A stretch of DNA of 37,554 nucleotides. Origin: a virus (Duplodnaviria; Caudoviricetes). Numbering within the stretch: the stretch's first letter is position 1; each line of letters begins with the position of its first letter. The stretch spans positions 1 to 37,554 of IMG/VR virus record IMGVR_UViG_3300040736_000016. One strand, given 5' to 3'. Under the pieces are notes generated by a model. It was not told the origin of the DNA. It saw only the letters and a list, made by a program, of their open reading frames with translations, and did not search any database. Both the position numbers and the translations under genes were made by a program. Shown piece after piece: positions 1 through 8,928 of the stretch.

Positions 1-55
1 ACTCAAAATCCAGCGGGGGCGACCCCGTGTCGGTTCGATTCCGACCTCCGGTACC
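1..55 (+). repeat. attL direct repeat
   Basis: Identical to 37500-37554. Confidence 0.97.
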
Positions 56-56
56 A
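1..56 (+). tRNA. 3' half of tRNA-Leu(CAA); 5' half presumably lies upstream of the window
   Basis: Anticodon loop CTCAAAA (2-8), long variable arm GGGG-GCGA-CCCC, T-arm GTCGG-TTCGATT-CCGAC, acceptor strand ending ACCA (53-56). Confidence 0.9.
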
Positions 57-63
57 AGAAATA

Positions 64-104
64 ACGGCCATTTAGCTGACTACAGCTGAGTGGCCGTCTT
101 TTTT
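64..104. terminator. Bidirectional intrinsic terminator (tRNA on +, late operon on -)
   Basis: 15-bp stem ACGGCCATTTAGCTG/CAGCTGAGTGGCCGT (two G-U pairs on +), T6 tract on + and TATTTCTT on -. Confidence 0.8.
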
Positions 105-127
105 GTCAGGTGCTAAAAAGTGCCACG

Positions 128-337
128 CTAAACGGGCCGAACCGCAATGGCCCGCGCACTACAAAAAACGACCAGGCGGGAAATCATCGCCGATTTTTCC
201 ACCATCGCCCACTCACCAATCAGGACATGGCCGTTGTCTGCACAGTATGCCACCAGCCCTGGAGCTATGCGTTCACAGTCCTTGCAGTTTTCTAGGCCAT
301 GGCAGCGTGAATGATCAATAGTCAGCCTGTGATTCAT
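128..337 (-). CDS. Small single-cluster ferredoxin-like protein
   Basis: LTIDHSRC-x5-C-x2-C-ERIAP ... C-SARAI pattern; ATGA overlap with the endolysin stop. Confidence 0.6.
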   Translation of the reverse strand: MNHRLTIDHSRCHGLENCKDCERIAPGLVAYCADNGHVLIGEWAMVEKSAMISRLVVFCSARAIAVRPV

Positions 338-672
338 TTTGCGCCATCGTGCTCAAGGCTGTAGTGGTTGCCATCGCTGAAACGTCCTCCCCAGACACCG
401 CCTTGAGACTCCCACCACTCGCCAAGCTGGCGATGGTCCTCAGACCGGCCCAGATATTCACCATTGAGAAAAAGGTTAATGTCGATAGCCAGGCGGAGCT
501 TATGGCAGGATCTCCCGGCACCATAGCCTTTCTTGACTCCCATCTCCCCGTGCACGCGCGGATCGCGGTAGGCGTCGCCGAGCGTTACCTCGAAACCAAG
601 TTCAAATGCCTTGTCTATCAATCGCGGCACCATCCGCGCAAAGCGTCGTTGTTTATCTCCCAGTTTTTCCAT
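334..672 (-). CDS. Endolysin, M15-family metallopeptidase
   Basis: YR...SCH-x6-D...WGG.F.DGNH motifs; start moved to the ATG at 672 (TAATG overlap). Confidence 0.9.
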   Translation of the reverse strand: MEKLGDKQRRFARMVPRLIDKAFELGFEVTLGDAYRDPRVHGEMGVKKGYGAGRSCHKLRLAIDINLFLNGEYLGRSEDHRQLGEWWESQGGVWGGRFSDGNHYSLEHDGAK

Positions 673-836
673 TATCCCACCAACCGTTGCCACAACACCC
701 ACCCTGAATAACCGGCCATGCCGATCGACAGCAATGGAGCGTCAACCAGCAGCAGGCCGCATGCCATCACCAAGCACAACCATGGCCATATGGTATAGAG
801 CGGACCAGGTACATGGATCCTACCGTTCATCAACAT
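672..836 (-). CDS. 54-aa two-helix membrane protein, holin/antiholin candidate (not in ORF track)
   Basis: MLMNGRIHVPGPLYTIWPWLCLVMACGLLLVDAPLLSIGMAGYSGWVLWQRLVG; fills the gap and its TAA overlaps the endolysin ATG. Confidence 0.65.
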   Translation of the reverse strand: MLMNGRIHVPGPLYTIWPWLCLVMACGLLLVDAPLLSIGMAGYSGWVLWQRLVG

Positions 837-1158
837 TCCCACCCCCAAGTTTTTTTACGAAAAAAAATCCAGCTCGGCAATAAGGGCACAGCACATCACA
901 AAGCCGCATGTTACGTCTGGCCGCGCACCAGTAACACGGATCCTCCCGAGACTTTTTGTCGTCCTTGGAATGGAGCACATAGGTTGCGCCTGCCAGCTCC
1001 ACCGCGCAGTTTCTCAGAATTTTGACCGGCACCGTGGCCCATTCCGGCAGCACCACTGGCGGATCGGTCATCCAGTCTGCGCCGGTCAAGACCATCCCCG
1101 GGCGAAGCGTGGTACGTTTTCCCCGTCCTCGTTGACAATCCGGCAGTGGAGCGGTCAT
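820..1158 (-). CDS. Hypothetical protein with C-terminal Cys cluster (CYWC...C...CPYC)
   Basis: ATGA-coupled to the upstream gene, operon strand. Confidence 0.65.
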   Translation of the reverse strand: MTAPLPDCQRGRGKRTTLRPGMVLTGADWMTDPPVVLPEWATVPVKILRNCAVELAGATYVLHSKDDKKSREDPCYWCAARRNMRLCDVLCPYCRAGFFFVKKLGGGNVDER

Positions 1159-1556
1159 ACTTGGTCGCGTCGCTCGCCAGATTGCGGCAGGATAATTTCA
1201 TGCTTCCTTCTGTCCAGGCGACAGAAAAGGGCCTTCACGTCCTTCTGCGTCTCGGCGTGCAAGGCGGTGATAACTGCAAGTTCGGTCCTTATCTCCCCCA
1301 TCTGCTCTGCACGGGCTATCGCTTGCCGGTCAATCGCTTGCTGGACAATTTCTTTGATATCGTCCTTCAGAACGGATTGGCATTTATGTTGTTCCGCCTC
1401 GATAACCAGGACTTTCTGCCGCAGAGCAGCGACTTGTTGCTTGACCGATTCGACCATGCCCCTGCCGACCCATCCGCCCACAGCCGCACCGCTCATCATG
1501 GACCCGAACAGCCCTAAAATCCATTTCCATTGCTGCCACTCTTCATTGCCCTGCAT
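1155..1556 (-). CDS. Membrane-anchored coiled-coil protein of the lysis cassette
   Basis: N-terminal hydrophobic helix then coiled coil; start moved to MQGNEEW with GAGGGG upstream. Confidence 0.75.
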   Translation of the reverse strand: MQGNEEWQQWKWILGLFGSMMSGAAVGGWVGRGMVESVKQQVAALRQKVLVIEAEQHKCQSVLKDDIKEIVQQAIDRQAIARAEQMGEIRTELAVITALHAETQKDVKALFCRLDRRKHEIILPQSGERRDQV

Positions 1557-1764
1557 TCTTTTTCCCCTCTGCAAATATCGAGTTGACGGCCTTGCCGGTG
1601 ATGACTGCCGCGACAAAAGTTATCACGCTGTAAGGGATCTCTTGCAGCACACCTTTGTTGATAGATCCAAGCGCCCAAACACCAACGACCGCGCACACCA
1701 CCACCGCCGACAGCAATCTGCTCGAAGAGTTCTCGCCTCCTGGACCCTGCAGAAATCCGACCAT
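1543..1764 (-). CDS. Holin-like two-TM protein
   Basis: 73 aa, SSSRLL motif, two hydrophobic helices, basic C-terminus, first gene after the tail. Confidence 0.7.
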   Translation of the reverse strand: MVGFLQGPGGENSSSRLLSAVVVCAVVGVWALGSINKGVLQEIPYSVITFVAAVITGKAVNSIFAEGKKNAGQ

Positions 1765-1765
1765 T

Positions 1766-3970
1766 TTACGCCCTCACAACAGAGATATTCCACTTCTGAA
1801 AACTGACCAGGGATCCGCGTACCGCCTCCAGTTCAAACCGGATGGTGGTGTTGATCCTGGCCGGTACAAAGCCGCTGTCGTCCTCTTCGTCTTTCCCTGC
1901 GTAGGTGTAGCTGGTCCCGGTAATACCGGTGACCGTGCGGAGCAGGCTCCCGGTCTCGCCATAAAGCCTGAGCGTATAGGTCACTCCGGACTCAGGGCCG
2001 ATGTTTCCTTCATCCTGGCGGACCAGGCTGACAGTTTGGGTGGTGCGATCCCGATGCGCCCAGGTGAGCGCAAGTTCTTCGCCCGAACCGATAGACGATG
2101 GCCATCGGTTGCCATTGATCCGCAGGTTGCCGGGCGGGTATGGCCTCATCATCCGGCCAACGCATGTGTGCGTATCGGTGTCCGCATCTGCAAGGGCCAG
2201 TCGGCCCAGTGAGGTGGACGGCAGCAACTTGACCTCCACCTGTTCGCCCACGGCCCGCTCGGTGCGATCAAGCCCAAAAAAGGACTGATGGCACCAGAGT
2301 ATGGTGCCGGCAGCATGGGCCACCGGAATGGTGTCGAGGATACCCCGGTTGACGGTCACGGTGCTGTTGACGGTATCAATGGCGGTGATGGCTACCAGCT
2401 CATCACCCAAAGCTGCGTATGTCCCGACCTTAACCAGATTGGTGTCGATGGATGTATCCTGCAGTTGGATAGTCGAGCTGATCTCCGGCACCAGGGCTGC
2501 TGCGGTGACACCGACAAATGGGAAGCTGTCAGTATCCCGCTTGCCCCACTCTGTTGCACCTGCGTTCCTGGTCCATAGCTCATAGTTGAGCGCGTCACTG
2601 CTGGGCCGGTCGCAAAAACAGGTAATCATGGTGCTGTCATCTTCCAGTTCGGCAAGAACCGCTGCTGACTCTCCATACTCCCGCACGAACTGCCACCAGG
2701 TGATTTCTTGCACCTTCCTCCGGACAGCATCTGCCGGATCGGTGTATGGGCTTGACCACAGGCTTTCTGCCGGATCGGTTATGGTAATCGGTCCCAGGCC
2801 GTAAACATCGCGCGCCGCCTTGATCCTAAGCTGGCCTTCAGTGTGCAAGCCGACCTCTACAGTGTCGACCCGCATCACCATGTTCTCGATACCGATAGCA
2901 GGCCAGTTGAACACGAAGCAGTCGCCCGGCTCAAGATCCCAGTGCTTGCGGTTGATCACCAGGGTGCAGGATGCAATGGGCACACAGACCTGCTGCAGTT
3001 CCCGGGCGGCTATCTTCTGCGCCCAGTCCTCGGTGGCAATACCGACAAATTCCATGGTGGCAGCAATGATCTGGCCACCGGCCCGGGTGATGCCGGCAAC
3101 ATCCTGAACCGTGGTTGCCCTGGGCTGGTTGGCCCGGTCAACCCAGTTGACAGTGACCTGGTTCACAGTCTCTGTGGCGGCCGGGATGGAGTATTCGACC
3201 AGCTCGATGATGTTGGACTGGTCAAGAACAGGCAGAGTGGCTGGAGTGTAATCGTTGCGGATCAACTTCAGGGTGAGCAAACCGGTTACGTGGCTGAAGT
3301 AGAGCACACCGTCAATATGGTTAAGGATCACCTTGAGGAAGTCCTCGATACTGCTGTCCTTTGCCCACAGGAGCGAAAGCCCGAACCCCTCCTGCCTGGT
3401 ATCCGTTCCGCTTGCCAGGATGTAGGCGGAATCTTCAAATGATGTATCGTCAAGGTCTGAAGTAGGATAGCCCAGACCGCCCCAGGTGGTATTGGTCAGG
3501 GCCTCCCGGATGATGTGGGCCGGATTCATGTCGACGAACCCATCCGAGGCAACAATATCGGCCAGGTCATCCCGCCAGCCGGTACGGCTGCGCTGGGCCA
3601 GGATTGACCACCCTTTGATGTACGGATTGTTGGCCGCGAGCTGGCACTTGCGGGCCACTAGGCCGAACAATCCCCGGAACGCAGGAGTATCAGCACCGAG
3701 CTTTGATTGCAGGTAGGCGTTGACGCCTTGGGACGCCAGGCCGAAACAGGCATCAACGGTGCCGACAACTCCCCCCTCCCGGCCATCTCCGCCGAACAAG
3801 TTGGGTTGGCTGATGGCAATAGCCTGGTTTGCGGTAACCTCCCCTTCCCACGCCCACTTTTCGCCGACCTTGATCTTGAGGAGCTTGTCGACCGCGTGAC
3901 AGAACACCAGATGCAGGCCAGCATAATATCGATAGCCGGTGGTAACGCAACTATCGCCGCCGCTGCCCAT
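1766..3970 (-). CDS. Central tail hub / tip attachment protein (gpJ-analogous, D3112/JBD type)
   Basis: MGSGG...GYRYY start, P.FRG, DMNPAHII, W.HRDR motifs; last tail gene. Confidence 0.88.
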   Translation of the reverse strand: MGSGGDSCVTTGYRYYAGLHLVFCHAVDKLLKIKVGEKWAWEGEVTANQAIAISQPNLFGGDGREGGVVGTVDACFGLASQGVNAYLQSKLGADTPAFRGLFGLVARKCQLAANNPYIKGWSILAQRSRTGWRDDLADIVASDGFVDMNPAHIIREALTNTTWGGLGYPTSDLDDTSFEDSAYILASGTDTRQEGFGLSLLWAKDSSIEDFLKVILNHIDGVLYFSHVTGLLTLKLIRNDYTPATLPVLDQSNIIELVEYSIPAATETVNQVTVNWVDRANQPRATTVQDVAGITRAGGQIIAATMEFVGIATEDWAQKIAARELQQVCVPIASCTLVINRKHWDLEPGDCFVFNWPAIGIENMVMRVDTVEVGLHTEGQLRIKAARDVYGLGPITITDPAESLWSSPYTDPADAVRRKVQEITWWQFVREYGESAAVLAELEDDSTMITCFCDRPSSDALNYELWTRNAGATEWGKRDTDSFPFVGVTAAALVPEISSTIQLQDTSIDTNLVKVGTYAALGDELVAITAIDTVNSTVTVNRGILDTIPVAHAAGTILWCHQSFFGLDRTERAVGEQVEVKLLPSTSLGRLALADADTDTHTCVGRMMRPYPPGNLRINGNRWPSSIGSGEELALTWAHRDRTTQTVSLVRQDEGNIGPESGVTYTLRLYGETGSLLRTVTGITGTSYTYAGKDEEDDSGFVPARINTTIRFELEAVRGSLVSFQKWNISVVRA

Positions 3971-4212
3971 TATACGCACCCTCCGGAAATAGAATTATCC
4001 GCCATAACGGGCGTTGATGACCATCCAGAGGCCTCGGCAAAATCTACCGCATCCCGCGCCATGGCGGAATCATCCAGGGCGAGTAGCCTATCTGCTTCGA
4101 TCCCTTCTTTGCGCAGCTCTAGCCAGGACACCCCATGCGCCTTGCACCAAACACGCATCTGCCGGTTACAGTAGCCCAGGGCCTTCAGATGCCAAAAGCG
4201 TACCCTCTTCAT
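3970..4212 (-). CDS. Small tail assembly protein
   Basis: HL..LGYC....R.W...HG..W.....GI motif; coupled on both sides. Confidence 0.8.
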   Translation of the reverse strand: MKRVRFWHLKALGYCNRQMRVWCKAHGVSWLELRKEGIEADRLLALDDSAMARDAVDFAEASGWSSTPVMADNSISGGCV

Positions 4213-4439
4213 TTCTTGCCACCTCCACAGGACTGAATTGGTGTGGTGCCGACGTCGCCGTACCAGACACAATTGGTTTTGCTGATCTCCCGGGTGCCGA
4301 ACAGCACGGGCACCGGCGAACTGGAGTCAACCGTGGTGCCTTCGAGGTTTCCAGGCTCAGGCGTTACCTGGGCCGTTGCCTTGGGCCGCAGGATATAAGA
4401 CAAGGCCATCAGGCCGACGAATACCACCAACTGCCACAT
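4209..4439 (-). CDS. Small tail assembly protein
   Basis: Hydrophobic N-terminus, PVPVLFGT...N.VWYGD motif, GGKK end. Confidence 0.85.
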   Translation of the reverse strand: MWQLVVFVGLMALSYILRPKATAQVTPEPGNLEGTTVDSSSPVPVLFGTREISKTNCVWYGDVGTTPIQSCGGGKK

Positions 4440-4451
4440 TGCCTCGCCTCC

Positions 4452-5246
4452 TCACACCAGGGCGTCGCCGCTGAACGGGTTTTTGGCGGGGAGATATGGC
4501 AACCCGCCGTAGTTGATGAGATTGGAAAACTTGTTTTTGCAGGCCGCCACCGTGCGGCTGCAGCCTGGCCACAGGGTGACGGTTGCCCCAACCATATCAG
4601 CCACCGAGTCAACCAGGGTAATCACGTTGCCGCTGTGGGCCGTAATCATGCGCAGCTCATCGCCGAACTTGAGCATGCCGCCGATAAAATAGCCGGATCC
4701 ATAGGCAGAAATTCCGCTCAGTGTCACTGCCTTCCCGTCCACGGCGGTCACTGTTCCGGTAACGTCCCAGGCGTCAGCGTTCAAGCCGCAGGCGGGCGAG
4801 TAGAGCACATGCGGGCAACCAACCTGGTATATCCGGCGAAGTCCTGCCCGCTGGAACAGCGTATAGGCCGAATCGCTGGCGAGCGTGGCCACGGATCCGG
4901 CCCACTTGCAGCCGGTCACCCTGCCCTTCCACAACACCGAGAACTCGGCATCCTCATAATGATGACGATAGATGGTCACGATCAGCACCCCGGTGAGCCA
5001 GCCGGTCCTGAAAAGCAGAGCCACGTCGTTTGCCGCGTTCACCTCAATTTCAAGGGTCGACTTTCTGGCATCTCCGCCTTTGGTGAACCCGGAACGACTG
5101 ATGTAGATCGGTTGGTAAAGATCGGCCCCATAGGCCACTTCGTGGTCGGCACTGGTAAATAGCCACTGCTGGTCGCCAAGTGAGAAGCGGTACAGCTCAA
5201 AGGGATGGCCGGAGTAGTCGGATTTTTCGCGCAGGTCGTAGCTCAT
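4452..5246 (-). CDS. BR0599/DUF2163-type tail tip protein (gpL-like, probable Fe-S)
   Basis: P.ELY.F start; C..LY...C and GC......C..KF.N..N.GG.P..P..NP motifs. Confidence 0.9.
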   Translation of the reverse strand: MSYDLREKSDYSGHPFELYRFSLGDQQWLFTSADHEVAYGADLYQPIYISRSGFTKGGDARKSTLEIEVNAANDVALLFRTGWLTGVLIVTIYRHHYEDAEFSVLWKGRVTGCKWAGSVATLASDSAYTLFQRAGLRRIYQVGCPHVLYSPACGLNADAWDVTGTVTAVDGKAVTLSGISAYGSGYFIGGMLKFGDELRMITAHSGNVITLVDSVADMVGATVTLWPGCSRTVAACKNKFSNLINYGGLPYLPAKNPFSGDALV

Positions 5247-5476
5247 AAAAGCCCCAGCTCTTCCATCAAATTGCGTTTGGCTTCATCCCTGGTTCTTCCG
5301 AAGTTAAACCAAACATTCTCGCCAGGTTCTCGAACGGGGCAAGTGGACTCGATCTGACCCACCTTTCCCCACGCGACAAACCTTCCTGTCTTTCCTCTTT
5401 TGGTGGCGATATTGAAAATGCCGTAGTTCGTAACCACCACATCATTCAGCTTTCTCTGAGCGAGATTGATGTTCAC
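5243..5476 (-). CDS. Hypothetical 77-aa protein inserted in the tail operon
   Basis: GTGA and ATGA overlaps at its two ends; start moved to the GTG at 5476. Confidence 0.65.
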   Translation of the reverse strand: MNINLAQRKLNDVVVTNYGIFNIATKRGKTGRFVAWGKVGQIESTCPVREPGENVWFNFGRTRDEAKRNLMEELGLL

Positions 5477-7038
5477 GGCAACACCACGATGGGTATGGTC
5501 ACTTCGACACAATCACCGGTGAACCAATGCAAGGTGATCTCATCCGAATCGAACCGGACCAGCTCCAGCCAGGCGCAACGGTTGAGAGTGGCCGCCGAAA
5601 CCGCCACTGGCAAGGCGGAATCAAGGGTCAACTTTTCATCGCCGCTCGGCTGGGTCTCCACTCCGGTGATCATCCGCCGGACAATCGTACCATCGGTGGT
5701 GATCAGCTCGATGTGCGTGCGGGCCGGGCTGCCCTTGAGGGCAAAGTCATAATCGATGGTCTGGATGATGATAAACGTTTCTCCTGCATCAGCCGGTGCA
5801 GCCAGCTCGAACCCCCGGTCATTGGCCGCCAGCCAGAACGGCGCAAGCCGTCCGGCCATGGCCTTGAGAAAGGCCAGGAAGGTGTTGATGTTTGCTCTTC
5901 CTACCAGCAGAAACCGAGCGTCACGGCTCAACACAGGTTCCATGGATTGGACGTCGAACTCCAATAAACCGGTGTCATTGTCCAGCCGCACCCACTTGTT
6001 GTCAAATCCCTCTTCGCCACCTTCCCAGCTCGGCACGAACGGGCACAACGGAATGTCCCTGTACAGCTCCAAGGAAACCCCTGACGGTTCCCAGGCATCC
6101 CCCGTGGCCAACAGGGTGAACCGATAATCTCCCACGTCCTCGGTGAACCGACTAACCCGGCGCTGCTCAAGTGATAAACAGTACCGGCACGGTGCCATCA
6201 TGGACACCCCGGCTTTCCAGGCGTTTTGGAACGGTGCGTCAACCGAAATGTAATTGGATCCCATCCCGGTGATGGTCCGCACCTCGGCTGTTCGCCAGTC
6301 ACTCCACACCGCAATCGGGGTGCCAATGACCAGGTTATCGGATCCATCGGTAATCGTGATAGTGGTGGAGTCGGCGTCAATATCACCAGCCAGCCGGACC
6401 GCATCACGCCAGATCGGGGCAAAAAGATACCTGGACTTGCGCAGCCCAAGCCATGTTTCCAGCTTGCGGCGGCCTGCCCCGCCCACCAACAGACGCACAT
6501 CCCAGGAACGCCTGGGCAGGGTCCGCAGTTGAACCCGCTGTTCTGTGCGGTCATGGGCAACGAGCACATCCGTTTTCCAGGCCAGCGACTCATCAAGACC
6601 GGCATCCCAGTTGTGCGGGAAGAACAGATAGCCGATGTCGGCTGAGAGATGCGGCGCCCTGGTGCCGGTGATAACCAGCCGCTGAACAAGCGCACAGGCC
6701 GATGTAAAATCAAAAGCCGCCTCATACTGCAGCGGTCCGTCAACAGTGACGGTGAACACAATAGGAAAAGCTGTGCAGCTGGCTATCAGCTCCGGCGGGT
6801 CGGCATCGTAAACGATCCCTTCAGCATCGTGCACGTCGGTGGCGATACTCTTCAGGATGGCATCCGCTCCTGTCCCGTTCCAGAGATAGACCCGGAACGA
6901 ACGGTCTTCGGTTACATATCCGACGTCTCGACTCGGAACACCATTGAGCACATATCCCTGCCCTGAAGCGTTGGTGGTCCGTACCGACAGTCCAGCCAGC
7001 GGAACAACCTGCGCTGATGTGATTGATCCATTCGCCAT
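5473..7038 (-). CDS. Virion structural tail protein (distal-tail-like)
   Basis: E.L.WKTDV......EQR..LR..PRR and L....GR...FW motifs; start moved to MANGSIT. Confidence 0.85.
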   Translation of the reverse strand: MANGSITSAQVVPLAGLSVRTTNASGQGYVLNGVPSRDVGYVTEDRSFRVYLWNGTGADAILKSIATDVHDAEGIVYDADPPELIASCTAFPIVFTVTVDGPLQYEAAFDFTSACALVQRLVITGTRAPHLSADIGYLFFPHNWDAGLDESLAWKTDVLVAHDRTEQRVQLRTLPRRSWDVRLLVGGAGRRKLETWLGLRKSRYLFAPIWRDAVRLAGDIDADSTTITITDGSDNLVIGTPIAVWSDWRTAEVRTITGMGSNYISVDAPFQNAWKAGVSMMAPCRYCLSLEQRRVSRFTEDVGDYRFTLLATGDAWEPSGVSLELYRDIPLCPFVPSWEGGEEGFDNKWVRLDNDTGLLEFDVQSMEPVLSRDARFLLVGRANINTFLAFLKAMAGRLAPFWLAANDRGFELAAPADAGETFIIIQTIDYDFALKGSPARTHIELITTDGTIVRRMITGVETQPSGDEKLTLDSALPVAVSAATLNRCAWLELVRFDSDEITLHWFTGDCVEVTIPIVVLP

Positions 7039-7039
7039 G

Positions 7040-7294
7040 TCAGATATGTGCCATGAGGTGTAAACAAGTTTGCCAGTGCTCAAGGCCAGAAGGCGCAAGC
7101 CCACCTGTTGCGCTCCAGTGGATCACCTCAACCGGTGCGTTATCCGTCATTGGCCCATTCAAACCAAAGGTGGCCAGCATGCGATAGGGAATGTCATCCA
7201 GCCAGTGCCAAGTGGTACTGTCCCAGTGGTCGATGTTGATCGACTTGTCGGGCAGGTCAAAAAAGGTGGCTGGTTTTATCGTTCCTGTAGCCAT
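7040..7294 (-). CDS. Small virion-associated hypothetical protein
   Basis: TGATG-coupled ORF within the tail operon. Confidence 0.7.
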   Translation of the reverse strand: MATGTIKPATFFDLPDKSINIDHWDSTTWHWLDDIPYRMLATFGLNGPMTDNAPVEVIHWSATGGLAPSGLEHWQTCLHLMAHI

Positions 7295-8100
7295 CAGGCC
7301 GCCAACTTAAACATTAGCGTTGGCTCGGTATTCGTAGCCATTGAATCATCATAGAACAGCCAGGTATCTGAGCCGATGACAACCTCTTCGAGAAAGGCAT
7401 ACACCTTCCCCCCACGGATACCGCGCAGGCTGGGGAAATAGCCAAGTGGCCGCAGAAGAGCCGCCGTGGTGGCGTCACGCTGAAAGATCCGGATTGGCAG
7501 CATGAGTAGCCCGGCGTTGTAGGCGTTGGGCTGTTTGGAGGACAGGGCAAAAGAGCCGTAAAGGCCGGTTACTCCACTGGCCGCATTCGACGCCACAATA
7601 GGTGTCCAGGAACCATTCAGAAATAATGAAGCGTTCGAATTGGCTGTTCCGGAAATTATGAGATGGTTCCCCGTAGATAGTTGCCCGGATATGAATTGCC
7701 CACCCGTCCAGGCTGATGTCTTTTCTGTGATGTCCCCCAGGAACATCATGCCCTTGTATCCGCCCGTATTGGTGAGGATATACACCCCCTCATCAACCGA
7801 GACGAACAGATAGGTGTTGGGCGTGTTGTATATCGCCCAGAAAAACGGAGTCGGAGACACCCCAGGCTGTGCCGTTGGTGCCTGGCCAGCGCTGTAACCA
7901 GTGCATCCGGCAACATACACAACGCTCGCCGTGTAATACCAGATTTCGAAATGAGAAGTGCTCTTGTGGGCATGCAGCCGGTTATGGCTGTTGTATGTCC
8001 CGAAAAAGTCTATCGTCCACCCGTTGGCAGCCAAAAACGTATTGAGCTGAGATATGAAATCATCAACGGTCGATTGTGCCCCTGCTTGATATTTAGCCAT
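7294..8100 (-). CDS. Virion structural tail protein 2
   Basis: MAKYQ.G...L..F..ANGWT start resembling the upstream gene; TGATG coupling. Confidence 0.8.
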   Translation of the reverse strand: MAKYQAGAQSTVDDFISQLNTFLAANGWTIDFFGTYNSHNRLHAHKSTSHFEIWYYTASVVYVAGCTGYSAGQAPTAQPGVSPTPFFWAIYNTPNTYLFVSVDEGVYILTNTGGYKGMMFLGDITEKTSAWTGGQFISGQLSTGNHLIISGTANSNASLFLNGSWTPIVASNAASGVTGLYGSFALSSKQPNAYNAGLLMLPIRIFQRDATTAALLRPLGYFPSLRGIRGGKVYAFLEEVVIGSDTWLFYDDSMATNTEPTLMFKLAA

Positions 8101-8924
8101 CAGTTCAACCTCAATGCACAAAAGTCGCCGTTGGTGTTACGGTAGACATCCTGGACGGCCAGATAATTCACACCAGAGACGGTGATGATGTTTTCCGGCG
8201 TGTTGCCGTATCCACTCACCCGGTATAGGCCATCGATGGCGGCATAGACGGACGTTCTCGTCGCATCAGCGATATAGATTTGATCAAGGGTGTATACTCC
8301 GCTGGGATCAGTGAGGATATTGGCCCGCTGCTCGTAGCATTCGCTTATGGCCGGACAGGTGGAAGGCCCCACCGTATCCCAGTCGCCACCTGGCCTGGAG
8401 ATGATGCCATTCGACCCATTATTTGCCCAGAACATGGAGTTACCATTGCCTGTGACGGTATAGGCCTGAGCCTCGGTAACTCCGCACCCCCCGACAATCA
8501 GAGGATACGGATACTGATTGTCGGTTGCCGGTGGATTGCCCAGCCCAAGATGGACCATTTGATAAATAGTGGACACCTTGGCCACCAGGATAATACGCCT
8601 GGGAGTGGCAACGATCCAATACGGTATGGAACTGTTCCACAGATAGGCGTAGCAGAAGCCGCTGCTCATAGGATGCGCACCGAGCGCGCGGCCGCTCCGC
8701 CATCCCCACGAGCCGGCCAGCTTCCAGTTATAATAGCCGGATGAAGTGTTCTCGAAGGTCTCAATGCCGACATATATTTCGTCGAGCCCATTGGTACCTG
8801 CTCCCCGCAAGGCCAATGAGGTCGCCGACTGGGCGAGAATTGTCCACCCGTTGGCCGCCGCGAAGGTAGCCAGGACAGCGAGAAGATCCTTGTAGTTGGT
8901 GGCTGTGCCGTTGGTATATGCCAC
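8100..8924 (-). CDS. Virion structural tail protein 1
   Basis: GTG start with AGGAGG; MAY..GTA....DLL..L..F, PYP...GG, G.Y.VSG motifs typical of the gene after TMP in D3112-like tails. Confidence 0.85.
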   Translation of the reverse strand: MAYTNGTATNYKDLLAVLATFAAANGWTILAQSATSLALRGAGTNGLDEIYVGIETFENTSSGYYNWKLAGSWGWRSGRALGAHPMSSGFCYAYLWNSSIPYWIVATPRRIILVAKVSTIYQMVHLGLGNPPATDNQYPYPLIVGGCGVTEAQAYTVTGNGNSMFWANNGSNGIISRPGGDWDTVGPSTCPAISECYEQRANILTDPSGVYTLDQIYIADATRTSVYAAIDGLYRVSGYGNTPENIITVSGVNYLAVQDVYRNTNGDFCALRLN

Positions 8925-8928
8925 TTGA

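Noticed and set aside
4014-5162. 382-aa plus-strand ORF, and similar long ones at 970-1806, 9571-10617, 15021-15779, 22244-23116 and 24896-25699
   Set aside because: Antisense shadows of well-supported minus-strand genes with no recognisable motifs
1766-8924. Diversity-generating retroelement or invertible tail cassette
   Set aside because: No reverse transcriptase or invertase, and I saw no template/variable repeat pair; not checked computationally
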